A stretch of DNA of 64,000 nt from Heteronotia binoei. Its lineage: Eukaryota. The translations under genes were made by a program, and so were the position numbers. Location of the stretch: positions 65,968,001 to 66,032,000 of the forward strand of contig NC_083230.1 in NCBI RefSeq assembly GCF_032191835.1, written 5' to 3'. Of this stretch, positions 50,030 through 62,595 are shown in pieces. The notes under the pieces were generated by a model. The model ran no database searches, was not told the origin of the DNA, and saw only the letters and a list, made by a program, of their open reading frames with translations. The first letter of the stretch is position 1, and each line of letters starts with the position of its first letter.

Positions 50030-51007
50030 GTGCTAATGGGTAAGGAAGTGAGCATACCTGGTGCAGGAGTTTTCCACTGATAGAAATTGTATCTTTCATA
50101 CAAGAGGCTGCTATTTTAAATGTATGAACCTAGAAGCAAGACCCATTGAACTCAGCCACAGTGGCTTCAGAGTAAAAGGCTTTTCAGGTGGACTGTATCT
50201 GCTAGAGTTTAGTTGTATTCTCAGAGAGAGTTAGCAAATTTAAAGGGCATCTCACATATGGAGGTTTTTATGCTGACTTTTCAAGGGGTATTTTTCTGAT
50301 GGAGTACTTTTGGGAGTACAACTTTAGTTCAAATAATTCTCTTTATTTCAGTTTACATATAAAACCATTAGTGGTTTTTAAGCTATATATTATGCATCAC
50401 ACTCACCTCTTCCACTTAGCATTATTCATTTTTCAAAAGATGTCAAAGATTTAGTAGTAGATACTATTTATGTTAAGTGCATGCACACATTTCATAGTTT
50501 TTCAGCCTTTATAGATGACACTAAAGTTCAGTGGATCTCTAAATGGAGGGGGGATACATATATATAAAACACTCTCATGCTTATTGAAATTTCTTAGTGA
50601 TCTATTAAGATCCAGTGGTGTTGTTTTATATAACAACTGTGGGCGCTTGTATATCAACTGTCAGTCAGCCTGCTAAAAGGAATCACTGTATATGGAACTT
50701 CTGCGTTTATTTCTCAGTATGTGTGGAAATTTTTGGCTTTTTAAAAAATGGTTTTTTAAAAAAAATTGTTTCCAGTGGAACAACACAAGGCACCCAATAT
50801 TTTGTTCTTTTTTTAGGAATGGACTCTGAGGTAGTATATTAAATGAAAGGAAAACTGACATTATTCTTTTACAATCACTGTAATCTTCCACATAAATGTG
50901 ACAGAACTGATTGTCTGCAGTTAATCACATTTCTATTGTACGTACTTTTTGAGGGAGGGGAATAATAGTCACTTCACATAATTCCTAAATTGTTGCAGTT
51001 TTTAATT

Positions 51008-51038
51008 CAAGTCAAGTCAGCCTTTATTGGCATAAAAG
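51008..51038 (-). mobile_element. 31-bp LINE 3'-tail micro-insertion with an 11-bp TSD
   Basis: Insert reverse complement CTTTTATGCCAATAAAGGCTGACTTGACTTG; AGTTTTTAATT at both 50997-51007 and 51039-51049. Confidence 0.8.
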
Positions 51039-52517
51039 AGTTTTTAATTTAAAATATTTATTCTGACTACTGTGCTTCAACTTGTTTCCACTAATACTTC
51101 CCAGAATGAGTTAATTCATATGTAAAATATGGGTTGATAGCTTCTACGTTTTTACATCTGTGATTATGCATATATATTTTTTCTCTTTAAATATATTGCT
51201 GGATTGTCTAAAATGCTTTTGTTTTCTTTTTACTGTTGGATCTCCAAGTGAAATCCTGGGAACTAGGAGAAGTTTACACTGGCAAACATTTGTAGTCTTG
51301 TGTTCTTCTTTCTGACCTTTTAACATGAAATACTACAAATTGCAGTTAGAAAAAAGGTCCAAAGCAATCAAGATTTTTAATTTAAATAAAATGGGCCACA
51401 GTCTGGCAAGTCCAGGGAAGCAGAAGAGTTTGTGTAAGTGAAGCAGGACTTCTAGCTTGGTTATTTGCCCAAGTTTGATAAGGAATTTATGGTGCAATTC
51501 CAATGCTTTGCTGTGGGAGGAAAACAAAAAGTAAAGTACCACTAGGCATGCAGAGCTAGTACTGTAGTTCCTTGGTGTGGAGCCATAGAAATTCATGTAT
51601 TTTTCAATGTGCAATTAATAATAGGATTCCATGGTAGTTACACTAATTTCTAATTCGCTCTAAACTGGGCAGTTAGGACATCTACAGTCATTCAAAGAAT
51701 GGTTTAGCTATCTTTTCAAGAAATTGAAGCTCCTGGAATTCAATTCAGTTGATGAGGCCTCAGTGGAACTTCCATGCTCAGAGGCATTATGCTGGTCTGA
51801 TCCCACTCTTATATCCTTCAACCACAGATAGAGCTTTGTTTACTTCCTGCCACTTGTGGTACTGGAAACACTCTCTTGAGCAGCTCAGCTTTTATTTTCT
51901 ATCTCTTGTAGTTCTGAATATAAGCTTGAAAATGGTCTCTATAATACTTAAAAAACTCAAGAGCACTGAGCATGTCTAGTTGTCATGGGACTAGTTTCAG
52001 TGCCAGTAATAACTGCTGAGTTCCTTGTGTTTAATAATGAAATACAGTTAGCCTTGGTGGGAACAGAGAGGCCTTCAGAAAACCTATAAAAGCAGGGATT
52101 TTGTTTTGGATGACTGGCTTTCCCCTGCAGATTAACCGTGTGAATTTAAGTTCTAGTTTTCACAAAGCTACTTAGAGGCACCAAAAATGCTAGCAAGGTC
52201 CACCCCCCCCCCCCTTTTCCAAGAGATCCCCTTGGCAAATTGGTCTTTTCCACTTTCTCAAAGTAAATCCTGATTATTATTTTTTTGGTTACAATGGGTA
52301 TTTTGGCCTCATTTATTGGGTTTGGTTTGAGGAGGAATCAATAGTTGTGATACACTACAACCCACCACTGGGGCCACCTTAAAGGCTTTTGGAGTGGAGC
52401 TTTAAACTATGAACCAGTCCTGCAATTTAGATCTGTGATAACGTACAGATTAATGGTGTCCCCTCTGTTTTGCACTGTCATACCTTCTGCCAGCACTCAA
52501 GCTGTACGTAGTTTACC

Positions 52518-52790
52518 GAGAGCCAGTTTGGTGCAGTGGTTAAGAGCACGGACTCTAATGTGAGAGCACTGGGTTTGAGTCCCTCTCCTTCACATGCAGC
52601 TGATGGTGTGACCTTGGGTCAGTCACAAATTCTCTCAGAGCAATTCTTGAAAGAGCTCTCTCAGCCCCACATACCTTACAGGTGTCTGTTGGGAGGGGGA
52701 GGGAAAGGAGACTATACTGCTCTGAGACTCTTGAGTAAAGGGCAGGGTATAAATTCAATCTCCTCCCCTCTCTTTCCTCCTCCTCAGCCT
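52518..52790 (+). mobile_element. Squam3-like SINE variant
   Basis: GAGAGCCAGTTTGGTGCAGTGGTTAAG head; L2-like tail. Confidence 0.8.
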
Positions 52791-52922
52791 CTGGCTTCTT
52801 ACACAAGGGTGTTGGATACCTTATGAAGCTATGGCCTGTATTCATCTCCATGTATGGTTCTGCTATCTGGCACTCTGCATCCCATAATGGGCTTCAAATA
52901 ATATTCTTTTTGTGTGTGTAGC

Positions 52923-53829
52923 TGTGACAGTAAGGTATGGGTTAACAGAAAACCAAGGACGCATAGAGCCTGCGTCAGGTGACCTGAGGGTGGGGGCCAG
53001 AGTGCTCGGAACTCTCAGTGAGAGATTGACAGCTAATGGCTGAGGGGAGTCAGTTAGTTGTCTGACAGGAGCTGGAGAGAGTTAGTGCCTGTCAGAGTCT
53101 GAGAGAGTTGGTCTTTGAGGGAGCTGGGGCAGTAGCTGTGGAGAGTCTTCATGAGAAGCAAAGCTGACTGCTAGCTCTATAAAAGCAGCCAAGGGGCTGT
53201 GTGTGTGACTAAAAGGAAGAGTCACCGTGAAGACCTAAGTGGTCACAGACACTTATATACATCTCTTAAGATCTAGAGAGGTGGTTGAGGGAACATATGT
53301 GGGCCTAGGAGTCTGAAGGACTGGGAGTAGAGGCTCCAGTCGACTTGAGAGACTTGGCACATTACACCCAAGAGGCCAGCCTTTGCTAGTATTGGAGAGT
53401 GTTTATTTAGGAACTGTGAATCTTAGAGACCTAAGAAAGGAAACTTATTATAAAGCCTGAAACAACTGAGCAACTGGTTAACAGAGTGAGATACTTTATA
53501 GCCCGTATAAATATCTCCCATATCCCCAGTTTAAGACTTTGTGTTATAATAAATATCTGTGGTTTACATTAAAGTTCTCTGATGCCTATAATTTGGGAAA
53601 ACTGTCCAAACTGCTGTGGTCCCCTACAAAGTGAATATATATAGCCATCTGAAAGCAAAACCCCCAAAGTGACTAGAAGAGCGAAATCCATATCTGACCC
53701 ACCCCCTTGAGTTATATATTCTTGAGGTAAAAGTTTTAAAAGGAATAACTGAGGCGACAGAGAGGCTGGGGTAGCCATAAGCGGCATACAGAAGCGATCC
53801 AGTGGGACTGTGAGGCGGGCGCTGTTATA
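52923..53829 (+). mobile_element. Solo LTR of the Gmr1-like family (older subfamily)
   Basis: Colinear with the reverse complement of the LTRs at 56151-57035 and 61707-62595; TGTGA...TGTTATA ends; AATAAA at 53548-53553. Confidence 0.92.
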
Positions 53830-54569
53830 ATTGCATAAACTGAAGAACGGGGTTCATTCTGATTCATGGTCAAAACTGTTGAGAAACCTAAAATTAGTTC
53901 TGAAAACAGTCATTTGGAATGATGATAGGAATCGTAAGATTAAGCTGACAAAAGGGCATTGCTATAAATTCTGTGTCTCTTGGGATAAACTTTTAAAAAT
54001 GATGCAGCTATTTGTTTGTTTAAAAAAACACCATTAAATAGGTACAAACAGAAGTCTTTAGATACTGTCATGGTAATTAAATGGCTGAATGAACTGTTTG
54101 CCCAGAATGGGTCTCTGGTCTCTTAAACTGATACCATTTATACACATGAGCATTTATAGAATGGAAAAGAGTAAAGCAATTGGAATTCTATCCAGAGACT
54201 CTTGAGAAATGGAACCATATGAATTTCTAAAGGGCAGACCTAAAGCAACCTTGAAGAATTCTTGGGGTTTTTTTCCTCCTTATCACATTAATTTGATAGA
54301 CCAATGGTCCCCAGCCCTTTTGAGCCAGTGGGCACTTTTGGAAATCTGATGCTGTGTTTGTGGGCACAACCATAAAATGGCTGTCACAGGAGGTGGAGCT
54401 AACTACAAATGTCAAGGAGTGAGGTTATGCATAACTCTATAGATCTTCAGCATTCCAGGCACAAGCGCTTTAACAGGATGCTTTTTTAAATTAACATACT
54501 GTTTAAAAAAATTCTTGCATACACACATGTACAAATATTGAGCTAACTAAGAAACACTCATTAAGCAGT

Positions 54570-55105
54570 GTCTATCAGATCCTCCATGGCCATTCAGAAG
54601 CTCTCTAGCCTCAGCTGCTTTCTAAAACCAGCAAAAGGTGTCAGCAGGTGCCAACATACCTACAGGACCTCCTCCTATGCTGTCCCTGGAAGGGCACCAT
54701 GTTCTACTGGTAGGAATTTGCTGGTGATCCCTGGCCATAAAGAGGTCTAGTTCCTCCATAAAGGCTAGGACTTTTTCATCCCTGGCCCCAGTGTGGTGGA
54801 GCACTCTGCTGGAAGACACCAGGGCCCTGCGAGACCTTCTACGGTTTTGCAGGGCCTGTAAAGCAGAGATGTTCTGCCAGGCTTTTGCCTGAGGACAGTG
54901 ATGCTTGCTGAGTTGGCACCTCTCCCCTCTGTACCCTTTTCAAGGATTCTCCCATCCCTGATCCAACATCTAAAATCTGGACTGCATTATATGAATAAGA
55001 GGCCATCAGGATCTGTATTTTGTATTCTGTATTTTGTTTTTAGTTGAATTGATTTTATTGACCGGCTATATTTTATATATTGTTGTACATTGCCTAGAGC
55101 CCAGC
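54570..55105 (+). mobile_element. L2 3' fragment
   Basis: Similar to the reverse complement of the L2 3' regions elsewhere in the window. Confidence 0.6.
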
Positions 55106-55539
55106 AGTAGCCAGGATATAGTGATTCAGCAAGTTGAAATATTGTTGTTAATAACAATAATACCACCCGTTGTGGGTCAGCCAGGGCTCAGTGAAAACTC
55201 AGGAGAAGAGGAACCCCGTGTAGTCACTAGTACTACTGAATCAGCAACCATCATAGCTTCTAGTTCCTCAGCCAAATTTGCTGGGGTGGTGCCTGGCTGG
55301 CCACCTATCAACAGATAAGAGCTGCGTGTCATCAGCATACTAGAATCATAGAGTTGGAAGGGACCTACAGGGTCATCTAGTCCAACCCCCTGCACAATGC
55401 AGGAAACTCACAAATAATTCCCCCTAAATTCTTGTAGTAAATTCTAGTGACTACCCAGCCCAAACCTCTGCACCAACAAGGGAGCACATACAGATGGTTG
55501 AAAAATCAGGGACAGGATAGTCCCCTGGAGAACCCCACA

Positions 55540-56060
55540 TACTAGGAGGTACCTAGATGATACCCTCTCACCCAGCGCCATCCTCTGTCCCTTCAAGGCT
55601 ACCCCCCTGGACTCCTACATTGGTGAGGTGGTGGGTCAAAAGATTATGGTTAACCATGTTGAACTCTGCTGTGAGATCTAATAATACTAGCAACACTGAT
55701 TCACATTGATCAAGCTTTCTGTGGAGCTCATCTGTGAGGGTGACCAGAGCTTTCTCCATCCTGTGGTCAAGGCAGAAGCCAAACTGGAATGGGTCCAGGG
55801 CCAACAGATAATCTAGGAAGTTCTGGAGCTTCTCAGAAACCACTGTCTCAATTACCTTACCCAGAAATGAAAGATTTAAGCCTGGGTGTTAATTGGAAGG
55901 CTCTACAAGATCTAAAGTTGGTTTCTTTAAGAGTGGTACAATTACAGCCTCCTTCAATCCCATTGGGTAGACCCCTGAATTCAGGGACCGATTGATAATG
56001 TCCACCGGGGGATCCTTTATTTCCTCACCACTAGCTTTCACCAGATGCGAGTGACATCCC
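55540..56060 (-). mobile_element. L2 RT fragment
   Basis: INRSLNSGVYPMGLKEAVIVPLLKKPTLD; LDPFQFGF...LLVLLDLTAEF. Confidence 0.78.
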
Positions 56061-56150
56061 CAGTGGATATAATGGGGGAAAAAATCACAAACCTGAATAT
56101 TTTCCAAATCCCAACACCATACCAATTTGGGAATATTGGGAAATACTAAT

Positions 56151-57035
56151 TATAACAGCGCGCCTCACGGTCTCACTGGATCGCTTCTATATGTGGCTTA
56201 TGGCTACCCCAGCCCCTCGTCCGCCTCAGTTCTTCTTGAATTGTACTTCACGACTATGAAACGAAAGGGGTGGGTGTAATATGGATTTCTCACTACTAGT
56301 CTCTTTGGGGGGTTTGTTTTGCTTTCAGATGGATATAAACTCAGTTTGTAGGGGACCACAGCAGCTTCGATAGTTTTCCCAATATACTGGCACCAGAGAA
56401 CTTTAAAGTAAACCACAGAAATTTATTAACAAACACACACCGCCTTCAACTGGGGAATGGGAAATATATATACATGGGCTATATTGTATCTCAAGCAGTT
56501 AACAATTTCTTCGTAGTTCAGGCTTTATAACAACAATTTCGCTTAGGTCTCTCGGGTTTCACAGATCATACAGCTTTCACTCTCCAACACTATTCTGGGT
56601 TGGCCTCTTGGGTATAATGTGCCAAGTCCCTTAAGTCGACTGGTGTCTCTTCTCCCAGCCCTTCAGACTTCTAGACCCACATCTTTCCCTCAACCACCTC
56701 TTTAGCTCTTAGGAGAAGTGTCTCTGTGTCTGTGACCTCCCAGGTCTTTTACTGTGACTCTTCTCTAGTCACACGCAGCCCCGTGGCTGTCTTTCTAGAG
56801 TGAACAGTGAGCTCTGCTTCTCTCGAAGTCTCTCCTCAGCTCCTGTCTCAACTCCTTCTCAGACCAACTGCTCTCTTCAGCAGTCTCCCTCAGACTCTCT
56901 GACACTAACTGCCCTCAGCCGTTAGCTGTCAATCACCTCTGAGAGTTCCGAGCACCCTGGCCCCCACCCTCAGGTCACCTGACGCAGGCTCTATGTGTCC
57001 TTAGTTTTCTTGTTAACCTTTTCATTACCGTCACA
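56151..57035 (-). repeat. 3' LTR (885 bp)
   Basis: About 21 substitutions and 3 small indels versus the 5' LTR (manual count, about 97.5% identity). Confidence 0.95.
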
Positions 57036-57037
57036 TG

Positions 57038-57050
57038 TCCCTTCCCTTCT
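57038..57050 (-). other. Polypurine tract AGAAGGGAAGGGA
   Basis: 2 nt upstream of the 3' LTR. Confidence 0.85.
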
Positions 57051-57299
57051 GAATCATTGCGCAAAGCGAAAGGTCTCAGCCTTTTGCTGAGCAATGGGTA
57101 CATAGGCACACTTACTTGAGTTACACTCTGTTATAACTTCACATCTTAGGTTATAACATCAGATTCATAACTATATACATTCTTCTTCATGTATATGTAC
57201 TAATATCTTCAATAAAGTTACAATACAAACAAACTTTTCAGAATTTACATTTGTCTCGACAGTGCATCCGCAATTACATTTTGCATTCCAGGGATATGC

Positions 57300-58500
57300 T
57301 GTATGTCAAAATTGTAATCCTGGAGCTGTAAACTCCATCTTATTAGTTTACTGTTTGTATCCTTCACCTGGTTTAACCATTTAAGGGGAGAATGATCTGA
57401 ATATAGTGTAAACTTTCTTCCCCATAGGTATGGTTTTAACTTTCCTATTGCCTATACAATTGCTAAACATTCCTTTTCAATCACTGAAAGGTGTTGCTCT
57501 CGGTCTAACAATTTTCTACTTAAATAAAGAATTAGATGGTATTGTCCTTCCTCTCCCTGTTGACTTAATGTTGCACCTATCCCAACATTAGATGCGTCAG
57601 TAAAGACGGTAAACTCCTTGGAAAAATCTGGAGTTCTTAACACTGGTTCAGTGGTCAGAGCCACTTTCAGTTGCTCATAAGCTTTTTGACGCTCTGCATT
57701 CCAGTTTACTGGATCAGGGTTCTCCTTCTTTGTGCACTCACATAGCGGTGCTGCTATCGCACTAAACTCAGGTATAAATCTTCTGTAGTATCCTACTATG
57801 CACAGAAATGCTCTAATTTGTTTCTTTGTTTGGGGTCTGGGCCACTCTTGTATGGCTTGCACCTTTCCCCAATCTGCTTTTATCTTACCTCCTCCTAGCA
57901 CATGCCCTAAATACTTAACCTGTGCCATGGCTAGCTGACACTTAGATGCTTTGATGGTGAGACCCACATCTTTTACTCGTTGTAACACAATGGCCACATG
58001 CTGTAAATGTTCTTTCCATGTAGCACTGTAAACAGCAATATCATCAATATATGCTAGAGCAAATTACTTAAATCCCACTAACATCTTATCGATCAATCTT
58101 TGGAACGTGGAGGGAGCGTTCCTTAACCCAAATGGTAATACTGTAAACTCAAAGAGTCCTTCTTTGGTTACAAAAGCTGTTTTCTGCTGATCTTTAGGAT
58201 CCATAGCTACCTGCCAATAACCTTTTGTTAAGTCTAAGGTGGTAATAAAATTGGCAGCTCCAATTGTCTCGACCAACTCATCTATGCGAGGCATTGGATA
58301 TACATCCGGTACTGTAATCTTATTTAATCTTCTGTAGTCCACACAAAACCTTATGGTTTTGTCCGGTTTGGGTACTAGGACTACAGGTGAGGCCCACGGA
58401 CTTTCCGATGGTACAATCAAACCCAAATTCAGCATTTCTTCTACCTCCTGCTGTACATACTTGGCATTCGGGCCGGTCACTATACGGTTGGAGTGCTACA
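57300..58500 (-). pseudogene. pol: reverse transcriptase and RNase H, disrupted
   Basis: SPWASPVVLVPK, RFCVDYRRLN, LDLTKGYWQ, LPFGLRNAP; TAA at 58064-58066 shortly before YIDD (58040-58051); FTVFTDAS; TAG at 57452. Confidence 0.93.
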
Positions 58501-58699
58501 GGCCGCAAATCCCCTGTGTCAATCTTGTGACATGCTAGGTTTGTTTTACCTGGTACATTTGAAAAAATCATTCTGTACTTCCCCAATATGGCTTGTAATT
58601 GGCTTCTTTGTTCTCCAGTAAGAGAAGGGGCGAACTGAACCTCATTGATGGTAACTTCTTGGAATATTTTCCCCCAACCCGACAATTCAGTTCCCACAC

Positions 58700-59870
58700 A
58701 CATTCCCTTCTTAGATAGTAAAACTAAATTACCTCTATCAAAATAAGGCTTAAACATGTTTACATGGAATACTTTACATTGTTCACCATTCTCACTTAGA
58801 TTTACTACATAGTTCAAGTTGGAGACCTTATGGGCGATGGTATAAGGTCCCTCCTCCCAGGCCACATCTAACTTGTTCTTCTTCCTGGGTTTCAAAACCA
58901 ATACTCTGTCTCCTGGCTTGAACTCTCTGTCTCTGGACTTGGAGTCGTACCACTGTTTCTGCCGTCATTGTGATCTTCTCATGTTGTCTGCAGCGGTCGT
59001 CCTCACCTCCTGCAGATGCTGTTGTAGTTTGTATAGGTAAGAGATGACATCTGCCTCCTGGATGTCCTTGTTCCTGGACCACGCCTCTTTCAGAACATCA
59101 AGGGGTCCTCTGGCTTGTCTTCCATACAATAGTTCAAATGGGCTGAACCCGGAACTTTCTTGGGGTACCTCCCTGTACCCGAAGAGCAGGTGTTGCAACC
59201 ACTGGTCCCAATCGTTGGGATGCTTGTATACATAGGTTTTCAGCATATGGTTTAGGGTGCCATTAAACCTTTCATTTAGACCATTTACTTGTGGATGGTA
59301 TGCCATTGTGGTCACATGCCGGATCCCACAAGCTCTCAACAATTCTTGCATCACATTTGACATGAATGTGGTGCCTAAATCAGTCACCATCTCTTTCGGA
59401 AAACCCAATCTTGCAAACACATTCAGCAGGGCTTCCGCCATGGTTTTAGCCTCAATGTCCTTAAGTGGAACCGCTTCTGGAAACTTAGTGGCATAGTCTA
59501 CGATGGTAAGGATGTACTTGTTTCCCCTTCTGGTCACTCTGGAGATAGGACCAATGATATCTACTCCTATCTTCCCAAAGGCTTCCGTGACTATAGGGAC
59601 TGGTTGTAATAGACCTTTGGTTTTATCTAGGGCTTTCCCCACCAATTGGCAGGCCTGACACGATTTACAAAAAGCCCTTATGTCCTTGCCCATATTTGGC
59701 CAAAAGAACCGTTCTTGCACTTGGTCCCTTGTCTTATTGATGCCAAGGAGAGAGGCCATGGGTAATGCATGAGCCAAATCCAACACTTGCATCCTATACT
59801 TTCTTGGCAGGACTAATTGCTTCTTTCTTTCCCATACTACGCTATGTTTTCTTTTTACTGCTACTCAGTA
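58700..59870 (-). pseudogene. pol: integrase with GPY/F module, located upstream of RT
   Basis: Zn-binding remnant (AH...CKSCQAC); D-D-E in GVDIIGP, TDLGTTF, GLNERFN; WEEGPY and FHVNMFKPY; TGA at 59865 and a frameshift near 58960. Confidence 0.93.
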
Positions 59871-60183
59871 TAGCTTTTGGTCTATCACTTTAACTTGGCA
59901 CGGATGTTCAATTGTGATTTCAGAATCACTCACCCCAGCTCTCTGCCGTAGTTCTTTCAGGCTGTCATCCTGTTGCTGTTCTCTGAGGAATTCTGCAGCA
60001 GGGATGGTCCGCAACATTGTTTCCTCTTCTTCTGGTTGCTGTACCAACACATCAGCTGCTGGTTCTGGCTTGCTTCTCGTAGCAATGTTTACTGGATTAG
60101 CTTGCTGTCTCTTTAATTCAGAAGCTAAATCATTGTCTACTAAAAGTGAGGTTCCTATATCATTTAGGACTCCTACTATCCAG

Positions 60184-61581
60184 TCACCTTGGAACTCTGT
60201 ACTTGATTGGAACTGCTGCTGGGGCCACTTCAAATGCAGGTCCTCTAATGCCCTTTATGGTGTATGATTCCCCTGGTAAATACTGATGACGTTGTACCAA
60301 TCCTGCCCCTGTGTCTCTATACGCCTTGACTTCCTGGTCATTTACTATCACAGTCTCAGTATACTCTTCACTCAAGCCTTCCTGCACCTTCCATACTTTC
60401 AGAACACTAGTGGGTTTTTCTGGTGGTGTGTTCTCTGGAAGTGAGGGTTTTGTATCTGCCTCTTGCTTTAGGTACTGCACCACTTTAACTGTCTTATTTG
60501 GTGGTGTCTTTTTCCCTTTGTCCTTCCTTGGACAGGATCTAGCATAATGCCCTATTTCTCCGCATTGGTAACAAGCAGCCTCAGTCTTTTTATATGGAGG
60601 TGGACTGTACCGCCTTGCAGGGTTGTTGTTACCCGCCCCAGATTTTTCTGGAGAATTCCAGACTTGGGGGTTTTTTATTGCAGCAGTCCACATTGATCTC
60701 CCTAGATCTGATTCAATCTCATCTAGAATCACAGCTGCTTCTACTGTTTTCAATTTCTTATCTCTCAGAACCCACCTATACTGAGAGGGGACTTGGTTAT
60801 AAAACTGTTCCAAGCCCACTAAATTTTTTAAGTCTTCTAAGGTGGAAACTTTACTCCCTTCTACCCATATGTTCAGGGCTCTGTCTAACCGACAACCTAG
60901 TTGAGAGTATGTTTCTCCAGGCTTTCTTCTGATTTCTCTGAATTTTTTTCTACTTTGCTCTGCTGTTAAGCCAATGCGAACTCTGACTCTTTCCTTGTAT
61001 AATTGATAATCAGAGGTCTCCTCATCCCTCAGTTCAGAGTATATTTCACTCAACTCTCCACAAATCTGAGGTCTCAAAGAAATCATTCTGTCCTCATCAG
61101 TAATTTTTAAATCTTTACAGGTCCTTTCAAAATTAAACAAAAAAGCTTCTACATCATCCCCTTTTTGGTACTTGGAGAATTTCTTTTGTTCTACTGTGAG
61201 GCGCCTTTCACTTCTAGTGTCACGTTGAAACTCTGGCCTCGCCTGAATCTCCTGGAATTTCAAACTACATTTTTTCCTCATGTTCTCTTTTTCCCTTTCT
61301 CTGTGTTCTCTCTCTCTATCTTCTCTTTCTACTTCCAGCCTAGCCATTTGTATTTCTTTTTCTCTCTCTGCTTGAATTTTGGCCATTTGTATTTCTCTCT
61401 CTCTTTCTGCTTCCCTTTCTCTATGTTCCGCTTGAATTTTGGCCATTTGAATTTCTTTTTCTGATTCTATTCTGGCCAATTCTAACTGTATTTTCATAGC
61501 CTCTATGCTCTGACTAGGATTCTCCTCAGGAATCTCTTCTTGTGTCTGCCCATCCCCAGTGGCTGTGGTAGGAGGAGCCAT
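60184..61581 (-). CDS. gag ORF (coiled-coil repeats, SCAN-like capsid C-terminal domain, CCHC knuckle) running into a damaged protease (DTGA)
   Basis: 465-aa ORF; EQSRKKFRE...LVGLEQF...(SCAN-like), CYQCGEIGHYARSC, AYRDTGA. Confidence 0.85.
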   Translation of the reverse strand: MAPPTTATGDGQTQEEIPEENPSQSIEAMKIQLELARIESEKEIQMAKIQAEHREREAEREREIQMAKIQAEREKEIQMARLEVEREDREREHREREKENMRKKCSLKFQEIQARPEFQRDTRSERRLTVEQKKFSKYQKGDDVEAFLFNFERTCKDLKITDEDRMISLRPQICGELSEIYSELRDEETSDYQLYKERVRVRIGLTAEQSRKKFREIRRKPGETYSQLGCRLDRALNIWVEGSKVSTLEDLKNLVGLEQFYNQVPSQYRWVLRDKKLKTVEAAVILDEIESDLGRSMWTAAIKNPQVWNSPEKSGAGNNNPARRYSPPPYKKTEAACYQCGEIGHYARSCPRKDKGKKTPPNKTVKVVQYLKQEADTKPSLPENTPPEKPTSVLKVWKVQEGLSEEYTETVIVNDQEVKAYRDTGAGLVQRHQYLPGESYTIKGIRGPAFEVAPAAVPIKYRVPR

Positions 61582-61685
61582 TTCTGATAGGAATTTTTCA
61601 AAAAACTGTCTTAATTCCTTTACTGCAGTATCCCTCTACTTTCTGTGTGTCCTAGTGACGCTTATTTTTGGGTTTTTTCTTCAAA

Positions 61686-61704
61686 ATCCCGACGCTGGCA
61701 ACCA
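61686..61704 (-). other. Primer binding site TGGTTGCCAGCGTCGGGAT
   Basis: Starts TGG 2 nt after the 5' LTR; loosely resembles a tRNA-Leu 3' end (primer identity uncertain). Confidence 0.65.
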
Positions 61705-61706
61705 CT

Positions 61707-62595
61707 TATAACAGCGCACCTCGCGGTCTCACTGGATCGCTTCTATATGCGGCTTATGGCTACCCCAGCCTCTCGTCCGCCTCAGTTCTTCTTCTTGAAT
61801 TGTACCTCACGACTATGAAACGAATGGGGTGGGTGTAATATGGATTTCTCACTACTAGTCTTTTCGGGGGTTTTGTTTTGCTTTCAGATGGATATAAACT
61901 CAGTTTGTAGGGGACCACAGCAGCTTCGATAGTTTCCCAATATACTGGCACCAGAGAACTTTAAAGTAAACCACAGAAATTTATTAACAAACACGCACCG
62001 CCTTTAACTGGGGAATGGGAAATATATATACATGGGCTATATTGTATCTTAAGCAGTTAACAGTTTCTTCGTAGTTCAGGCTTTATAACAACAATTTCGC
62101 TTAGGTCTCTCGGGTTTCACAGATCATACAGCTTTCACTCTCCAACACTATTCTGGGTTGGCCTCTTGGGTATAATGTGCCAAGTCCCTTAAGTCGACTG
62201 GTGTCTCTTCTCACAGCCCTTCAGACTTCTAGACCCACATCTTTCCCTCAACCACCTCTTTAGCTCTTAAGAGAAGTGTCTCTGTGTTTGTGACCTCTCA
62301 GGTCTTTTACTGTGACTCTTCTCTAGTCACACGCAGCCCCGTGGCTGTCTTTCTAGAGTGAACAGTGAGCTCTGCTTCTCTCGAAGTCTCTCCTCAGCTC
62401 CTGTCTCAACTCCTTCTCAGACCAACTGCTCTCTTCAGCAGTCTCCCTCAGACTCTCTCTGACACTAACTGCCCTCAGCCATTAGCTGTCAATCACCTCT
62501 GAGAGTTCCGAGCACCCTGGCCCCCACCCTCAGGTCACCTGACGCAGGCTCTATGTGTCCTTAGTTTTCTTGTTAACCCTTTCATTGCCATCACA
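61707..62595 (-). repeat. 5' LTR (889 bp)
   Basis: TGTGA...TGTTATA on the minus strand. Confidence 0.95.

Larger units (their letters stand above)
56151..62595 (-). mobile_element. Full-length, decayed Gmr1-like Ty3/Gypsy LTR retrotransposon (6445 bp)
   Basis: Two LTRs, PBS, PPT, gag-PR-IN-RT-RH order; 5-bp TSD CTAAT (56146-56150) / CTGAT (62596-62600). Confidence 0.95.
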
